From Octopus sinensis (Eukaryota): DNA of 64,000 bases. The stretch covers positions 57,102,001-57,166,000 of the forward strand of contig NC_043006.1 in NCBI RefSeq assembly GCF_006345805.1. Direction: 5' to 3'. Shown piece after piece: positions 61,111-64,000 of the stretch; position 1 is the first letter of the stretch; every line of letters starts with the position of its first letter. The translations under genes were made by a program, and so were the position numbers. The notes under the pieces are model-generated. The model had not been told where the DNA came from, ran no database searches, and saw nothing but the letters and a program-made list of their open reading frames with translations.

Positions 61111-64000
61111 ATGCCAGCACCGCCTCGACTGGCTTCCGTGCCGGTGGCACATAAAATACACCAATCTGACCGTGGCCGTTGCCAGCCCCGCCTGGCACCT
61201 GTGCAGGTGGCACGTAAAAAGCACCCACTACACTCACGGAGTGGTTGGCGTTAGGAAGGGCATCCAGCTGTAGAAACATTGCCAAATTAGACTGGAGCCT
61301 GGTGCAGCCTTCTGGCTTCCCAGAACCCCGGTCGAACCGTCCAACCCATGCTAGCATGGAGAACGGACGTTAAACGACGATGATGATGATATATATTATA
61401 TTTACCATGTGAACTACGATGAAAAACATGAGAAAGATATGCTGTATAATTTTTTCTTTTTGTGCAGGGGTTCCTTGAAACACGTAATTTATTTTAAGGG
61501 TTACACAAGGGTAAAATGGTAAAGAAACACTGATGTAACCTATGGGTGCTATAATATGTGTGTGTGTCACATATTATGCCGAAAAGAACAGTTTACATAA
61601 CAGTTAATACCAAGGTTCTTTAAGGTGGTAGGGTATGAGGAGAGATTTAAGTGCTAATCTTAGCATGTCAAATTACTCTATAGAAACATCCTTCAACACT
61701 TGAAAGGTTCTCTCATTGGTCTCTTTTAAACGTTTATGACATTGTCATTTGCAATAGAAAAGTTGCCAAACTATACAAAACCTGATAGATTATATTGACT
61801 GCTTATTAATGGGTATATTTTCTTTATTTTTGTCAAACATTCTAAATTAAGTTTTCAATGAGAATTACGCATGTAGTGCTTTAGAAATAACATTGATATA
61901 TTTGTATGTTGCACTTATAATTTAGATATTACATACGTGTAATAGGAATATCTACATCATGTATGATATACAACAGAGACACAACAGGTGGAGTGGGGTT
62001 ACTCCCCAGGTGTAGGGGCAGTGCATAATTTTCCTCTGGTTTACCATGACTTAAGTAAAGCATCAAAAGAATCTTTGCTTTCAGATATTGAGATCTCTTA
62101 GTATGTAATTGGCATTGAGTGATTTTCTCTAAAATCGCTTGAAGTTTAGGTGTTAAGTACATTTGCTTACAACAGCTAAGCTGTCCTACAGTTATTTTGT
62201 AGCTTATGTATCCTCGGTTGCAAACACACTCGTGTAGTGTTTTGAGTGATGTGAAAGGCCATAATGGTTGGAATGCTATTACAAAAACAAACAAAAAATA
62301 AAAAATAAAACAACCTAGGAAAGTTTTATTGTAAATTATATATATTTGACTGTATGTGGTGTTCAAGGAATACTTGAAATAACTTTGTAATAAGTGGAAA
62401 GTGGAGAGAAAACACTCCAATGTTATTCTATTGATTCAATATTAAAAAAAGATAACACCTAAAACTAAATGAGATGAGTTACAAAGTAATGTAGTTTGTA
62501 TAAGGAAAGAAGTGTAAACTATGTTAGGTAAGTGTTTAGCCCAAGGAGAGCTTTGATAGGTACGGCAGTAAAGCAATAAACAGAAATCTTTTGCTTTATC
62601 ATGCCAAGGTCCCAGCTGTGCATTCCAGAATGTAGTCTGACAGTTCGGACATACTGTACTCGGACCATGATCCACTCTAATACTGTCTTTTTGCAAACTT
62701 TCGTGGTGATCCCAAGAGAAATGTGGGGATGGTGGACTTGGTCAAAGCATGACAGTAGCTCTTCTTTGCATTTATTTATCAGTGGATGCAACCTAACACA
62801 AATTTTTGAGAATTAAAAAGGTTATTTGATGCATCTGCCATCTGTATGTTAAGAGGAGGGGTGTATCTTTATTAGGACTGAGTGGGAAAGATAGTATTTT
62901 GCAGACGTGTTGCGAGTGACCATGCATAAATGAGAGGGAGTATCAGGGATGGAATTTGATGTGGCGAAAGAACTAAAAAAAAAAAAAAGCCTCACTCATG
63001 TCCAGGTGATCATTTCGAATATTTTTGTTTCATTTTTATACATGGATTAAGCTTATGGTTTGTGTGCAATCTGTGATGATACAAAATGAAGTTGGTCTTT
63101 GCAGTTTGTTATGGAGATATTAAGGTCTCAGGCAAGACTGGTAAAACTGATGTTAAATCAAATGTACACTTGTGTCTTTTTCTTATTCAAATACAGAGCT
63201 TGCAATTGCTTTTAGTGTGCATAAGCCTTTTACTTCTTTTACTATGAATTCTATGTGCTGAGGATGATAAGGTACTGTATGTAATTTGAAGTGACTATAT
63301 TTTACATATGCAGCATTGTTATGCTGTTGAATGTAACAATTGTCTATATTTGATGATTCTGGTAAGAATTTGGTGCGTGCATTCAGATTAATTTATCAAA
63401 TGTAATGCTTATTTATTTTGAAGCTACAAAATACAACTAGCTTCAAGATTTTGAGGATGTAATTGTTTATTTTTAGAATGACATTGTGAGAGGCTGGATC
63501 TGGCCAGTTTCAACATGAAACCAGTAGAGTGGTTATGTGTCTTTGACCGGAGAATTACAGGAGGATGCAGCTAAAATGCCATGTGTATGAGACTGAATGT
63601 ATGCTTTGTGTAACTGAATAGACACAAATTTTTAAAGGGAGTGATAAGACAAATTCTTGTGGTTCTAAATTCAGGAAATCACAGATTCTAAACTGCATAA
63701 CTACAATTTTGTGTTCTAGTTTTAAGGGCAAGTGTGTATTGCCTTATTTTCAAAAGGAGCATCTGCTTGAATCAGTTCATGTACATATTACAGCTGTCCC
63801 ATTTCATGCCATATTTCTCTACTTTCTGTATAGTAATGTTTTATATTGATGCCCCAAACTGAAGGACATACAACTGCCCATTACTTCAATGTCCTGAACT
63901 GAATGCCAGTTATCTTCATGTCCTAAATTAAAGGATTTCTGAACCCCAATATCCATCTAGAACTGTGTTTTATGTCTAGGAAATGAAAAAAAAAAAGTAA

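Larger units (their letters stand above)
58099..61390 (+). mobile_element. Young 5'-truncated RTE-clade LINE
   Basis: Contains the long ORF, a 3' UTR of about 800 bp and a (GAT)n tail ending at 61390. No clear TSD found. Confidence 0.96.

Noticed and set aside
58069-61357. Many overlapping ORFs (58173-58532, 59178-59597, 59622-59972, 60012-60332, 60591-61022, 60656-61357 and others)
   Set aside because: They are antisense or alternate-frame shadows of the RTE ORF and its GC-richer repetitive UTR, not independent genes.

Overview
AT-rich, repeat-dense animal genomic DNA. The SINE/LINE repertoire points to a cephalopod, most likely Octopus (inference from recognised repeat families, not a database hit). 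Only one host protein-coding gene is supported: two minus-strand exons (9370-9438 and 7869-8061) with canonical splice sites that join in frame to give the N-terminal part of ethanolaminephosphotransferase 1 (EPT1/SELENOI). Its downstream exons probably lie off the left edge, and I could not locate its first coding exon. The rest is intronic or intergenic and dominated by mobile DNA: a young 5'-truncated RTE LINE with an 826-codon open frame and a PHD-type finger inside the RT region, several older RTE copies, two tandem Tx1/L1-clade fragments sitting in (GATA/GACA)n, a HERO-like RLE retrotransposon remnant, CR1/Jockey-like remnants, a full-length decayed mariner, a foldback MITE with an 8-bp TSD, Helitron-like ends, Penelope-like pieces and dozens of tRNA-derived SINEs. 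The most interesting observations are a shared 3' tail between a SINE family and the Tx1 LINE, apparent microsatellite targeting by that Tx1, a circularly permuted and inverted 1.1-kb block, and a CpG-retaining domain at about 12-26.5 kb. I see no CRISPR, rRNA or bona fide tRNA genes and no clearly new multi-gene system. Most entries in the ORF track are chance ORFs or antisense shadows of repeats. Repeat boundaries are approximate unless a TSD or TIR is quoted.
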